Assembly (NCBI RefSeq): GCF_006345805.1 | Contig: NC_042999.1 | Location: forward strand, 116,188,001 to 116,252,000 | Direction of reading: 5' to 3' | DNA length: 64,000 nucleotides | DNA from: Octopus sinensis | Taxonomy: Eukaryota | Part shown: in pieces, positions 1 through 14,040 of the stretch | Layout: each line of letters starts with the position of its first letter | Position numbering within the stretch: the stretch's first letter is position 1 | Notes under the pieces: model-generated | Told to the model about the DNA's origin: nothing | Databases searched by the model: none | What the model saw: only the letters and a program-made list of their open reading frames with translations | Made by a program: the position numbers and the translations under genes

Positions 1-10
1 TTAATTGCAG

Positions 11-209
11 CTTATTTTATATTGGAAAAACCTAGTTGGTTGCTGGTTGACTGTTCAGGAAATACTTGTTGGATGGCCATTACAACAATGCTAGCTCTCT
101 CAAACCTGAAGTCTGTCATTTCAATTATCCAAGCTACATCCATCTACATCTTGCCATTTGTAGCACAGTACATGGATCTCGTGTCTCCTGCTTGTATCAT
201 GAACAACAG
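11..209 (+). other. Candidate internal exon of an unidentified gene
   Basis: TTGCAG acceptor at 5-10 and CAG|GTAAAA donor at 207-215. One frame is open across the whole interval (YFILEKPSWLLVDC...ACIMNN). The protein is not recognised. Confidence 0.3.
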
Positions 210-1154
210 GTAAAAAAAAAAATTGGTATTCTGCCAGTTATGACAACATGGGCTCCAGTTGATCCAATCAATGGAACAGCCTGCTCATAAAATTAACTTA
301 CAAGTGGCTGAGCACTCCACAGACGCATATACCCTTAATGCAGTTCTCAAGGAGATTCAGCATGACACAGAATGTGACAAGGCTGGCCCTTTGAAATACA
401 AGTACTACACATCTTTTGCCAGCTGAGTGGACTAGAGCAGTGCGAAATAAAGTGTCTTGCTCAAGGATACAACACATTGCCAGGAATTTAACTCATGACC
501 TTACTATCACGAGCAGAATACCCCTAACCACTAAGCCATGTACCTTCACATATGAACAACAGTTAATTTTTCAGTTAAATGCAGGCTACCTCAACTTAGA
601 TTAACATTTGCAATCAGTATTTCTCCAACACATCATTCCAAATATCAACAGTGGCCATTTTCTTGTTCTTTAGTGACAAATAGCAAATATATAAATGTAT
701 CAGCCCATCTGCTCAGGTTGTTTTTTTTTTCTTTTACCTTTTTTCTTTTTCCCTCTGATCAAAGATAGTCAATCCGATCAGCCTCCAGTTATACTGAAGG
801 TGTTCAGAGGCTGAAGTTTGATGTTCAGTATCTGTTGCTTAAAAAGTCCATTTCAGCTTATGCATAAGAAACAGGTCTCTTATTGATGACCAGCTGATTT
901 TTTTCACCCATCACATTATTTGATGAAATAAACAAAAATAGTTATTAATCATTTTCTTTTACTTAGAATATAATATCAAATATCAAAATTATGAAAAAAA
1001 TTGAAACCTAGTGATTTTCAATTTTGGGAGTGGTGTGGAAATGGACGTAGGCTATATTGATACAATCTATAATTATTTTATGAAAATTAAAATTTTTATG
1101 TATAAACTTAGATCATTTAAATAAATAAAGATTTCTCTTTCATTCATAAGCAGT

Positions 1155-1378
1155 TTGCATTATGCTTGCACCATTCGAATGTGGGCGATGCCAGTGCTGC
1201 CTTGACTGGCTTCCATGCTGGTGACACATAAAAAGCACCCACTACACTCACGGAGTGGTTGGTTTTAGGAAGGGCATTCAGCTGAAGAAACACTGCCAGA
1301 TCAGACTTGAGCCTGGTACACCCCCTGGCTTCCATGACCCTGCTAGCATGGAAAACGGACGTTAAACGATGATGATAT
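1155..1378 (+). mobile_element. SINE-like repeat, family C (GAT-tailed), 3' part
   Basis: Shares ...gtggttggttttaggaagggcattcagctg...ggacgttaaacgatgatga with copies at about 6975-7345(-), 23110-23462(-), 31655-31805(+) and 37690-38072(+). Confidence 0.75.
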
Positions 1379-1399
1379 ATATATATATATATATATATA

Positions 1400-1965
1400 T
1401 ATCATAAGAATGGTCTTCCCACAGACCCAGTGCCCCTAGCAAGCTCTCCGTAGAGTATGTCCTTGGGGATTCTGCCATCTTCCATACGGCTAACATGTCC
1501 AAGCCATCTCATATGTCTTTGTGTGAGGAGTGCAAACATGCTTGGTATTCCTGCTTGCTTGAGGACATCTTTGTTGGGGACATGATTCTGCCATTTGATA
1601 CAAGGATGTTTGCAAAAGGGACATGAAGGCCTGCATTATCAATATTAGCAACTGGGAAGCAGTTGCCAGCAACCATGGAGATTTGCGACGTACTGTAATA
1701 GAGGGAACACAAAGGAGTGACAGAGAGAGAGAGAGGAGAAATGGAAAGACAACAAAAGATATCAACAAGAAACTATGACATTACAACCAGCCAGACAAAG
1801 TCTTCACTACATTTGTGGCACCTGCCAGAGGGAGTGTTTGTCCAGGATAGGACTACACAGCTACAGCAGGAAATGTATTAGGACATAAAATGTGAAAGCC
1901 AGACTAGATTATTTTATGCACAACTCCATTGTCTCCCGAGACAAAAAGAATGCCAACAACAACAA
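1400..1965. mobile_element. RTE-clade LINE 3' fragment with inverted 5' segment
   Basis: Minus 1599-1402 reads IKWQNHVPNKDVLKQAGIPSMFALLTQRHMRWLGHVSRMEDGRIPKDILYGELARGTGSVGRPFL. Plus from 1599 reads YKDVCKRDMKACIINISNWEAVAS...(one frameshift in a GA tract)...YICGTCQRECLSRIGLHSYSRKC, stop at 1886-1888. It ends in a (CAA)n tail at 1954-1965. Confidence 0.9.
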
Positions 1966-2002
1966 TATATATATATATATACACACATATACATACATAC
2001 AT

Positions 2003-2041
<39 letters not shown>

Positions 2042-2305
2042 TATTATAGATATATATATATATATATATATGTAGGTCCCGGTTGATCGGGTTAACCACA
2101 GTAAATAAGGTACTCAATACATAGCAGAGTAAAATTAATTTATTATATAGAAGGAGCTTCTACAGGACTAGAACTAGAACTGAGCTTCCTGAAGATTTCT
2201 CTTGAATGAAACAGTTCTAGTCCTGTAAGCTCCTTCTATATAATAAATATATATATATAATATGTGTGTGTGTGTGTGGTGTGTGTGTGTATATACCACA
2301 TATAT

Positions 2306-2518
2306 ATATTGTATAAAGGATTGTGGGTAAGGCCAGAACAATGCGAAGTAAATGCAAAGCAAATCACAAGAAAACAAATATATGAATTATTGTAGACTTA
2401 CCTTGTATTCAATATTTGAAGGTTATGACCCCATTTTCACCGTGTGTGGAGTGGACATGCAAGGAAAGGTGTTGCTATAGCAACACCTTTATAACACCCA
2501 CAATCCTTTATACAATAT
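2306..2518. repeat. Fold-back or MITE-like element with 23-bp terminal inverted repeats
   Basis: atattgtataaaggattgtgggt at 2306-2328 and its reverse complement at 2496-2518. Internal perfect palindrome aaaggtgttgctatagcaacaccttt at about 2465-2490. Confidence 0.6.
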
Positions 2519-2537
2519 GTGTGTGTGTGTGTGTGCA

Positions 2538-2592
<55 letters not shown>

Positions 2593-2594
2593 TG

Positions 2595-2651
<57 letters not shown>

Positions 2652-2705
2652 CACACATAAATATATTATCAAAAGTGATAAATATGTATATGTTGTGTAT
2701 ATATA

Positions 2706-2746
<41 letters not shown>

Positions 2747-3737
2747 AGCAAACTCATATACATCCCATCATGCACACCCATACATTAAAGGCCCAGTCAC
2801 CAATTTCTATCTAATTATGACTAACTTTGAAAACACACCTTCTTCTTGTACTTGCATGTACATATGTTTGTGTGTATGTGTAGGTGTCTGTCTGTGTGTG
2901 TGTGTGTTGAGTTTGGACTCACACCCCCTAACAATCACTTTATGTAGGTCACCGCAGTAACTGTTTTGTCACTAATGAGGGTTGTAAGTAAATTAGTTAC
3001 ATGATTAATGTTTAATGTTTGGGTTTGAAATGGAAATATAATTACATATTGCAATTTCTTTCTTCCAGCAAACTGAGCTTTGATTATGCTTTTAAATAGG
3101 CTGTAGTGGTCTTTTTGTGTTTGTGTTGTTGCTGCTGTGGAAGTGTAGGAGGATTATAGTGGAGGCAGAATAACTACAATTACAAATTGGATGTATTTGT
3201 GTACTTCCAATGCAGAAATCTATTGTAATGTGTCAGATCGAGCTATTTTATCTTTGAGCACCTACTGATGTATGTTGTCATTCAGTGCCAAGATGGCTAT
3301 GACTTAGCAGATCTTTGATGAAAACCAATCTAGCAATGTTCACTTTGTCTTTTTTAAATATCAAGGTCTACATTGCCCAGATTTGGAGGAATATCTGGTT
3401 GCAGTATTAGATTAAAATAGCTCATGATTCTTCTATCACTGTTTTCCCATATCAGCAGTGATGGATTTCATCTTAGCATGTAGTTGGCAGAGAATGCATG
3501 CAACTGATGAAGCACAATGAGGCAGAAATGTAGAGTGAGCTTTCTCATCTGCCACTTCTGGATGATTTTTGTCTGCCACCAAAACAGTTTGTGCTATGAA
3601 ACACAGCATGTCCATAAAAGCGACTATCTCTGAATGAGTACCTCAGTAAACTTGCCTTCTTGCAATGTATTTACATTGTGTCACACAGATAGCTATTTTA
3701 ATATAGTACTGCTTCTATTGCACCCAATAGACAGGCA

Positions 3738-3781
<44 letters not shown>

Positions 3782-4719
3782 TCACACATGGTTGCAAAAC
3801 AAACTTCTTAACCACACAACCACACAACCATGCCCAAGCAATTTATAAAAACACATCATATCATTTTCAAGTTTAGTAGAAACACTTCCCCAACCCTCTG
3901 AAATTATGTATCCAACATGAAGCCATCCAGGTAAAAAGTAAATAATAAACATGAAATCTTTCTGGTAAAGCACTTATGTGTGGTCTCCTATTGAATGGCA
4001 GGAATTAATGGAATGAAGGAAACTGAATGAGGGTCCTTGTAATTTCTCATTATTTCATTGTTGAAGGACAAGGATGAAGACAATGTGGGAAGATGCTACA
4101 ACAAACTGACATGATTTTAATTGATAAAATGTCAAAATTGCTGTAGAAGGAAGTATAGTCTTCTATGGTCTTGATGTCTTTATTCTTTCTAACCACTTAT
4201 CTGTTATACATTGTTAAAGAAGCTGTATTAAAATAGCATACTAATGTGGCACTAATTCAATAAATTGGACCTTATGTCCCTAACTTACATTGACACTTAC
4301 TGTATTGTGTTGTTGAATAGCCTTATTTATCTCTGTCCATATATGGCATGATGATGGCCAGTCAGTTAACAGGGACATACTGATTTAATGTTCAGAAAGG
4401 AAATGGCTGGATAGTTATGGCATTATGCTATATAGCTTATAGATCATGAGTTCAAATCCATTGCTTGTGATTTGATATGTTTTTTTTTTTTTTTGGATAG
4501 TATACTTAATTTCACGTGCCTGAGTTCATTTAGTTTCTGGAAATAGGTGCCAGGTCATCTGAGAATGTTACCTGAAATAGCTTGATGCCCTCTCTAGGAG
4601 AAGATTATTCTGCATCTGATTAACTCTATGACTCCTTAAGAGCTTATTATAGCTACTGTAAATGTCTATCTAGATATCTATATATCTAACACATTGCACA
4701 TTTTATGCTTCAGTTTGGT

Positions 4720-5010
4720 TTAAGGGATCACACTGCATGCCTTCACTTACTTTGCACTTCAGAGCTATCCATCATATTTACTAGCTCATCAAACTTCCAT
4801 TTTTTTCTATACAATTTTATCAGTCTTTCAAAATATACTACAGAGTGTCCCACCTCCAAGAAAGGTAACCTTTCTAATGCTGCCCATGTCAGTCTATGTG
4901 TATTATGTCCAACATTAAAAAAATGAGAAAGTGCGCTGTTAACAATCACCTTCTCCATTTTGAGTCACTCTCCCTACTCAGTGACTGCCAGCATGGTTTC
5001 CATAGAATCT
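4720..5010 (+). mobile_element. Decayed CR1-group LINE RT fragment
   Basis: Frameshifted motifs PTSKKGNLS and HLLHFESLSLLSDCQHGF, matching the CR1/L2 RT N-terminal pattern (PxxKKG...LLSDxQHGF). Confidence 0.6.
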
Positions 5011-5390
5011 CAGACAACAAAGACCTATTCTTCTGTTTCCTGCTCTTTTATGTCACTCACTGGTGGTCATCCATCATCATCATCGTTTAATGTCCATCTT
5101 CCATGGCATGGGTTGGATGGTTTGACAGGTACTGGCCAGGCAGAAGACTCTACAAATCCTAAATTTTATTTTAGAATTTATGGGCTCAACTGTCTTTGAA
5201 GACTCATTTTCGTTGAATGCTTGAAATGAGGTGTAGATAGACAGCCAACAACTGATGAAGGGTCAGTCTCTGTTTACTTGTCCTGTTTGCCAATTTTTCT
5301 CTTGTTGTTTGCGTATTTAAGTAATTTGTTTTCGTATTTCATGTTGTTTACACAGTTCGTGATGTCCTGTACCAATATATGCATATATAT

Positions 5391-5780
5391 CTCTTTTTAC
5401 TCTTTTACTTGTTTCAGTCATTTGACTGCAGCCATGCTGGAGCACCGCCTTTTAGTCGAGATAATCGACCCCAGGACTTATTCTTTGTAAGCCTAGTACT
5501 TATTCTATCGGTCTTTTTGCCGAACCGCTAAGTAACGGGGACGTAAACATACCAGCATCGGTTGTCAAGCAATGCTAGGGGGACAAACACAGACACACAA
5601 ACACACATATATACATATATATACGACAGGCTTCTTTCAGTTTCCGTCTACCGAATCCACTCACAAGGCTTTGGTCGGCCCGAGGCTATAGTACAAGACA
5701 CTTTCCCAAGGTGCCACGCAGTGGGACTGAACCCGGAACCGTGTGGCTGGTAAGCAAGCTACTTACCACACAGCCACTCC
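5391..5780 (-). mobile_element. tRNA-derived SINE-like repeat, family A
   Basis: Minus strand has a GGTTCAGTCC B-box-like head, and the body is shared with many copies in the window. Confidence 0.8.
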
Positions 5781-5830
5781 TGCGCCTATATATATATATA
5801 ACCTATCCATTCTTGTTGCTTCTTTCTCGC

Positions 5831-5877
<47 letters not shown>

Positions 5878-5880
5878 CAT

Positions 5881-5917
<37 letters not shown>

Positions 5918-5937
5918 CATACATATATATATATATA

Positions 5938-6310
5938 CTCTCTTTTTACCCTTTTTACTCTTTTTACTTGTTTCAGTCATTTGACTGTGGCCATGCTGGA
6001 GCACCACCTTTTAGTACTTATTCTATCGGTCTCTTTTTGCCGAACCGCTAAGTGACGGGGACGTAAACACACCGGCATCGGTTGTCAAGCAATGCTAGGG
6101 GGACAAACACAGACACACAAACACACACACATATACATATATATACATATATATGACAGGCTTCTTTCAGTTTCCGTCTACCAAATCCACTCACAAGGCA
6201 TTGGTCGGCCCGGGGCTATAGCAGAAGACACTTGCCCAAGATGCCACGCAGTGGGACTGAACCCGCAACCGTGTGGTTGGTTAGCAAGCTACTTACCACA
6301 CAGCCACTCC
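5938..6310 (-). mobile_element. SINE family A, second copy adjacent to the first
   Basis: Near-identical to 5391-5780 apart from an internal deletion, and separated from it by (TA)n. Confidence 0.8.
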
Positions 6311-6324
6311 ATATATATATATAC

Positions 6325-6409
<85 letters not shown>

Positions 6410-6482
6410 CTACATATATATATATACATACATATATATATACATACATATATACATATATATATATATTATATACATACAT

Positions 6483-6525
<43 letters not shown>

Positions 6526-6528
6526 ATC

Positions 6529-6559
<31 letters not shown>

Positions 6560-6613
6560 CATTTAAATATTTGTTGTGCAAGATTTTTTATGTGAAGTCA
6601 TGTGTTGAAACAG

Positions 6614-6949
6614 ATATTGTTATATTTCGGAATGGTCATATTGCCAGTTTAGCCAATAAAAACACACGCACTATATATTTGGTGTTATTTTGCTTCAGTG
6701 ATATTTATTTTTTACATTAATCTTAATCTTATTTCGGCCAAAGTTCTTTCATCACACTCCTGTGACCGCATCAGTGGTCCTTTGTTTTCTTCTCACTTAC
6801 TTGTGTCTCTCCTTACTAACCGTCAGCCATTTTGTATTAAGATTAATGTAAAAAATAAATATAACTGAAGCAAAATAACACCAAATATATAGTGCGTGTG
6901 TTTTTATTGGCTAAACTGGCAATATGACCATTCCGAAATATAACAATAT
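6614..6949. repeat. Inverted repeat with 114-bp arms
   Basis: 6614-6727 is the reverse complement of 6836-6949 with one mismatch seen. The spacer is about 108 bp. Confidence 0.85.
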
Positions 6950-6974
6950 ATATATACATACATACATCATCATC

Positions 6975-7345
6975 ATCGTCATCATCATCATTTAGCGTCC
7001 GTTTTCCATGCTAGCATGGGTTGGACGGTTCTACTGGGGTCTGTGAAGCCAGAAGGCTTCATCAGGCCCAGTCAAATCAGTGCAGTGTTTCTACGCTGGA
7101 TGCCTTCCTAACGCCAACCACTCCGAGAGTGTAGTGGGTGCTTTTTACGTGCCACCCGCACAGGTGCCAGACAGAGCTGGCAAACGGCCACGAACGGATG
7201 GTGCTTTTATGTGCCACCGGCACGAGGGCCAGGCGAGGCTGGCAACGGACACGAAACGGGGCAGTGCTGGCAACGGTCGCGAAACGGAAGGTTCTCTTAC
7301 ATGCCACCGGCACTGGTAACACATCTGCAATTTCCATTGATCGAT
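6975..7345 (-). mobile_element. SINE-like repeat family C
   Basis: Same body as 23110-23462, with a (CAT)n tail on the left. Confidence 0.75.
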
Positions 7346-7441
7346 TTCAATTCTGATATATATATATATATATCATCTGTAAAAACATAGATCCGAAAGA
7401 AGAAGACACTCTAAGATACAAAGAAGTATATATATATATAT

Positions 7442-7529
<88 letters not shown>

Positions 7530-7538
7530 TATACATAC

Positions 7539-7587
<49 letters not shown>

Positions 7588-7613
7588 CATATATATTATA
7601 TATATATATATAC

Positions 7614-7676
<63 letters not shown>

Positions 7677-7680
7677 ATAT

Positions 7681-7732
<52 letters not shown>

Positions 7733-8136
7733 CATACATATACATATATACACACACATATATCTATTATTTATATCATATGTGTGTATGTGCATCTTCT
7801 TTGTGTCTGTGTTATCCCCATCACTTGACAACCGCTGTTGGTATGTTTACATCCCCGTAACTTAGCAGTTCGGCAAAAGAGGCTGATAGAATAAGTACTA
7901 GGCTTACAAAGAATAAGTCCTGGGGTTGATTTATACAAGTAAAAGAATAGATCTACTCAATCAGAGTGAACTGGGATCAGTGCCATCTTAAAGCATGGAC
8001 ACATTGGGTAGTTACCCGAGGGCCTCATGGGTTTAAGGGCCAAATTTTGATCTATATATGCTGTGGTTTGCCTGGGGTATGACAATGCTGTTAAAATAGT
8101 TCTACTTGGGACTAAACAGCAATTTTCTCTCTTTTA

Positions 8137-8167
<31 letters not shown>

Positions 8168-8494
8168 TTCTGAGCTAAAGCACAAAGGGGTCCTTATCAG
8201 GGTTTTGCAAGGGCAAATTTATCAGACCTTGTAAACAGAAAACTAGATCTTCTCTCTGTCTCCATATATCATCTGCTTTTTTCATGTTTTTTTTTGTGTG
8301 TGTGTGTGTGTGTGTGTAACTTCTTTTTTTTTTCTGCTTGCCATAAAGCCTGTTGATTGGCTGCCTAATTGCTAACTGGCTTGTTTGTTTTATACCACAA
8401 TAATTTGTTCTCCTTCCCTAACCTTGACCCACTGACAATTCTTGCCAAACATATGCCTCTATATCTTCTTCACATGCATCATATGATGGTGATA

Positions 8495-8675
8495 CACACA
8501 CACGCACACACACACACACTGTGTGTGCGTGCACACAAGCACATATGTATGCATATATATATATATGTATACATATATATATATATATATATACATACAC
8601 ACACATACATATATATACATACACCACACACATATATAAAATACATACATATATATATACATATATATACATACG

Positions 8676-8723
<48 letters not shown>

Positions 8724-8726
8724 ACA

Positions 8727-8762
<36 letters not shown>

Positions 8763-8925
8763 TACATACATACATACATACATATATATATATATATACA
8801 TACATACATATATATATATATATACATACATATATATATATATAACACATATTATATATATATACATACATATATATATATATACATACATATATATATA
8901 TATACATACATATATATATATATAT

Positions 8926-8957
<32 letters not shown>

Positions 8958-9140
8958 CATACATACATATATATATATAATACATACATACATACACATA
9001 TATATATATATATACATCATACACATATATATATATATATACATCATACATATATATATATATATATACATACATACATACATATATATATATACATACA
9101 CATATGTGTGTTTGTATATATATATGTGTGTGTGTATATA
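8495..9140. repeat. Compound (TA)n/(TACA)n/(CA)n microsatellite
   Basis: Directly visible. Similar tracts lie at about 2520-2745, 6320-6560, 7425-7760, 14285-14357, 21740-22160, 28775-29330 and 31110-31480. Confidence 0.95.
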
Positions 9141-12100
9141 TATATAATGTTCATCATTGTCATATAAATATATGTTGTGTATTTTTGTGTTCCTCAGTGT
9201 GTCTGTGTAGACATACAAATGTATTTATATCTTATATATATTTACAAGTCTACTATTTGAATATGTAGACATTTAGATAAAACAGAGATGCAAATATATA
9301 ATAAATCATGTACACACACACACATACATACATATGATTTATTCATAGACTGATTTTTTTTTGTGGATAAGTTTAAATGTAACATTGAATTGATCTTTTA
9401 ATAAGCATACAATTTTAGCTTGGTTGTGAAAAGTAAACAAAGTCGTTATTCTATAAGCTTTATCTGTCCGTAGTCCTAAAAAAAGTGGAATCTGACTAGT
9501 TTCTAGTCTTTTATGGCCTTCGTTTAAGAATGTGTATCCATATATATCCTTCTGTCTACGGGGTATTAGCATATAGCTACCTATTTTGCACTGAAACTAA
9601 AACTTAGCTAAATAGGTCACTCTGCTCATTTAACTTATTCATTCATAGTGCACTGTGGATTAATCAATTGATTAATTAATTTGCCCATAAATAGATGCAG
9701 GCATAGCTGTGTGTTTAAGAGGCTCACGTAGGAACCACAAGAAATGTATAGCAGACTTATCCAGTTCATGTCAGCAAGGAATAATGGACACTGAAATGGT
9801 GATAATAAAAGGTTACACATAAAAAGCATTGGTGTGGATGCATTGGTGCCACGTAAAAAGCACTGATGATGGTGTTTTGTAAAAAAGCACTCAATGCACT
9901 TTATAAAGTGTTTGGCATTCTGAAGGGCATCCAGCTGTAGAAATCAAGCCAAAATAGACAATGGAACCTGATCTTGCCAGTTCCTGTCAAGCTATCCAAT
10001 GGATCGGATGGCTTGATGACAGCATCATGATGATGATGATGATGATGATTAGGAGGAGGAGCAGGAGGATGTCACCAGTGATGATGATGATGGTGAACTC
10101 ACTTATAAAACTAGTTTTGTGTGTGTGTGTGTACTCACTTGGTACTGTGCTATTGATTGTAGGACATCAAATGAAGATGGACATCCAGTATGGCTGGTCA
10201 TTTTTCATCAGGTTCATGTTTGTAATACTACTAGAAGTAGAAGGATAAACTGGACATGCACAATGCCTTAAAAAAAAAATTGTAAGTTCGAAATATAAAT
10301 GATCCTTTTCATCAGTCTATTGGGTCATCATCAGGTGATAGACCTGGTCTGAATCATTACAGCAGACTGGACTCTGCTGAAACCACCCAAGAGACCAGAG
10401 GTGTAGACCTGATCCAGTTGAAAGACAGGTCAGCTTGACAAGCTTCTGTACAGTTGCCAAATTTCTACTCAGTTTCATTTGCATGGTTTGAATCTGACCA
10501 AGGATATTGCAGAAGACACTTATGGCATAATACAATGAAATTAAACATGAATTGCCCAGCAGACTTTAGAGTCACACATTGATGACTGCTTAACATTGGC
10601 TACTAGAAGGAATAGAAGATACATTCAATATGGCAAACATTTTAGCTTTTTATTGGCTCCTTATTATTACTACAGATAGAATAACACACAACCAGTATGG
10701 TTGTATTTCTTTCTTTCTTTCTTTTCTTTTTTTTCTTTCTTTTCTTCTCCAGATATGTTTTAGTGCTAAAAATTGAGTTCTAGCTTGAGTGCAGTTACCA
10801 TGCATACTCAGTAGTCACCATCATGATTTAATATCCGTTGTCCAAACTGGCATGGGTTGGATGGTTTGAACAGAGCTAGCAAGCTGGGGAGCTGCACCAG
10901 ACTCCAGTCTGATTTGGTATGGCTTCTATGGCTGGTTGCCCTTCCTAATGCTAACTGCTTTACAGAGAGTGCCAGGTGCTTTTATGTGACACCACAAAGG
11001 CACTTATATGTGGTACTGCACATGTGCCTTTACATGGAACTGCACAGGCACTTTTATGTGGAACCACATAGGTGCTTTTACATGATGCCACATGGAAACT
11101 TTTATGTGACACCACACTGGCACTTTTATGTGACACTGCATGGGTGATTTTATGCAGCACTACCACAAGTGCTTTACACCATCAGCAGGATTGGTCTTAA
11201 TACTTCTGCTGTAGGCTACAGGTCTACTTGACTATAGTCAGGTGCCAAATTATTTTTTTTATAAAGTGCACTGTCTCTGTCTGTTTATCTGTCTGTCTCT
11301 CTCTCTCATTTTCTCTCCTTAAATATCTAAATGTCCCTGATGAGCTGATCATTAACAAATTTATTTTCCAGACTTATAACATCATCTTTAGAGATGAAAT
11401 ATTTTTGATACTTACATCTCTCCTACATTTTGATCAGCTTGATGTCTCTAAGCCTCATTTAAAAAGAACAAATGGAGTTTAAACTGATGGAAACATAGTT
11501 TATATGCAGTGTACAAAAAAGTAAATTTAGAAATCAGGGCTCTTGGTTTAACCCTTTACCATTTAAACCATCCATATCTGGCCTAAATAATCTAGGCTTC
11601 TCACATGTATCCTGCAATGTCATTCTAAAAATAAACAATCACATTATTGAAATCTTGAAGTTACAAGAAAATGCATTCAAAATAATGTGAATAAATAAGC
11701 ATTACGTTTGACTGAGTAATGTGAATGCTAAAGCACTTCAAGATTGTCGGAAATCAAACCGATAAAAATAGTGTGTAGATGTAAATATTGACACTTTTAT
11801 GAGCTATAAAAGGAGGTTAAATCATCAGAAAAAATTATAATTTTATTCTCTCTGTCTCTGAATTCAGTAACAATCTGTAGGCATCCATGGTGTTTCTAGT
11901 TGTTATTGTCTAGCCCCAGGTCAGCTTGGACTGCGCAGTCCTATGAAAAGATATTCCAACCATAATTTTTTTTCTCATTTAACCTTGATATGTGTAGCAT
12001 TACATTATTTATTGTGGCCCTCCCATTTATCAGATGTTAGGGCTTAATTTAAAGAAGATTTGGCTACTGCTTATAGCAGGTTGGGCAACTATCTATCTAG

Positions 12101-13882
12101 AGATTCATTCCTTGGTTTGTCCCATTGCACCAATTTTAAGCTAAGTGGATAGTGAGTGGTGTGCATACATACATATATGGAACCACCCACCATAACAGAA
12201 TTGAGATCCTAAAACCAAGGTGCCACATAAAAAGTACCCACCCAATACACTCTGTAAAGTGGTTGACATTAGGAAGGGTATCCAGATGTAGAAACCAAGC
12301 CAAAACTGACTATGGAACCTGATGTGGCCCCTGGCCTTGCCAATTCCTGCCAAGCCATCCAACCCATGCCATCATGGGAAATGGGTATTAAATGATATGT
12401 GTGTGTATAGCTCTGTGGTTAAGAAGCTTGCTTTGCTGCTACATAATTTTGAGTTCATTCCCACTGCATAGCATCTTGGGCAGGTGTCTTCTACAATAGT
12501 TCTGAGCAAACGAATGCCTTGTAAGTGAATTTGATTGATAGACATTGTGTGGAAGCCTTTTGTGTATATATGTGTGTGTGTGTGTGTGTGTGTGATTTTT
12601 TCCCCCACTCCTCAGCTTGACAGAAGAGACTGATATAATTAGTACCAGACTTTAAAAAATAAGTATCAAGTCAATTTTTGCTAAAACCCTTGAAGGCAGT
12701 GCCCCAGCATGGCTACAATCCAAAGACTGAAACAAGTAAAAGAGAAAAGATATCTTCCCTACCAGCTATATTCAGTACAACCCTAGTACTAAGATACAAA
12801 ATAACTTTTTTGCCACTAGTTGATTTAATTCACATGATGCTGGTGTAAGAAGCACTGGTTGTACTGTCAGCATGTTTGCAAACCATTGCCCCTACCACCA
12901 CCACCATTCTTATTTTTTTCCTTTTTTGTTAGGAGTTATTGAATGCAAGTGAAAGGGCCAAGCAATCAATTCAACATTGTTGTATTGTCATAGCATCTTT
13001 GAATGTGATGCTACAGGTCATGGTGTTATTTTGTCTTCTAGTGTTTTTTTTTTAACTTGAATAAGTCTTTTGCACTGGAAAAGAAAGAAAAAATATTTAA
13101 AATAATGAAAAGAACTGGTCAAAGAAATTGGGCCCAGTTAATATCTATAGAAATGTATAAATGAAAATTGGGGGAAGAAAAGAAGTTGGGAAATACAGAA
13201 AGAATGGTAGTTAAGGTGCAGTGGGGCGTAGAAAGTGAAGCTTAAAACTCCTTTCCATAAGGGCTTTCAATTTTCTCTTTATATTTTTCATGTTCATTCA
13301 TTTGTGTTCTTTTTCTGTTCATTTTTTCTTCCCATCTTTCTTCTTTTTTTTTTCAAAAATCATTTCCTATTCCCCTTCTTTCTTTCATTGTTTAATTATT
13401 CTTCTTCTTTTTTTTTGTCACTATTTCCTTGTTCTTTACTCTTCTTGTAAATGTCAGGTGTGTTTGAAATGATCTGGTCTGATGCAGACAACAGCAACAA
13501 CAATAACAACAATAATATACAAGCATAAGCAAAAGAATGTCTTGCTTTCACACTGGCTTACATAAATACCACACCAAAAAACAAAAAAATATAAGACAAG
13601 AACAGACTTATAAACTACATGACTGACAACTTAAACCCTTCCACTGAACCTTATTTATGTATGTGTTTAACAGGAATGGTTTGTCACTTCTTCTTGCCTT
13701 TACCTTTTGTTTGTCAATTGGTCCCAAGGATTACCTGCATTTTACTTTTTAAGAAAATGTAGAAAGAAAACCAATTAAAATCAAAGCTATGAATATAAGC
13801 ATATTTCTATGAATATAATACATACATGCCATACATAAGTATTTACGTGTGCATTGTGTGTTTTCACCATCATATTTGTATC

Positions 13883-13914
<32 letters not shown>

Positions 13915-13951
13915 CATCATCATCAATAAGCAACAAGGATATCCAGAGGTA

Positions 13952-14040
13952 ATGCAGTACAATCGTTTCATGCAACTCCATTTAATTGAACAATACAATC
14001 ATTACATCGATTTAAAATGCAGAGCAATCCTCAGCTGCAT
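13952..14040 (-). ncRNA. Type I hammerhead ribozyme motif with long stem II
   Basis: Minus strand order: stem I ATGCAG, core CTGAGGA, stem II T-TGC...GCA-T with about 54 nt inside, GAAA, C-GATT-G stem III, GUA cleavage triplet, stem I' CTGCAT (6-bp perfect pairing). Confidence 0.65.

Noticed and set aside
3425-3640. Minus open frame THSEIVAFMDMLCFIAQTVLV...
   Set aside because: There is no good acceptor and no recognisable family, so it cannot be supported as an exon.
5252-5290. CTGATGA motif as a hammerhead (also 38431-38437 minus and about 36225 minus)
   Set aside because: No GAAA follows the putative stem II, and there is no stem I or III pairing.
8369-9218. Long YIYI/MYVC ORFs here and at about 21.4-22.2 kb, 28.7-29.3 kb and 31.0-32.2 kb
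   Set aside because: These are translations of TA/CA microsatellites, not genes.
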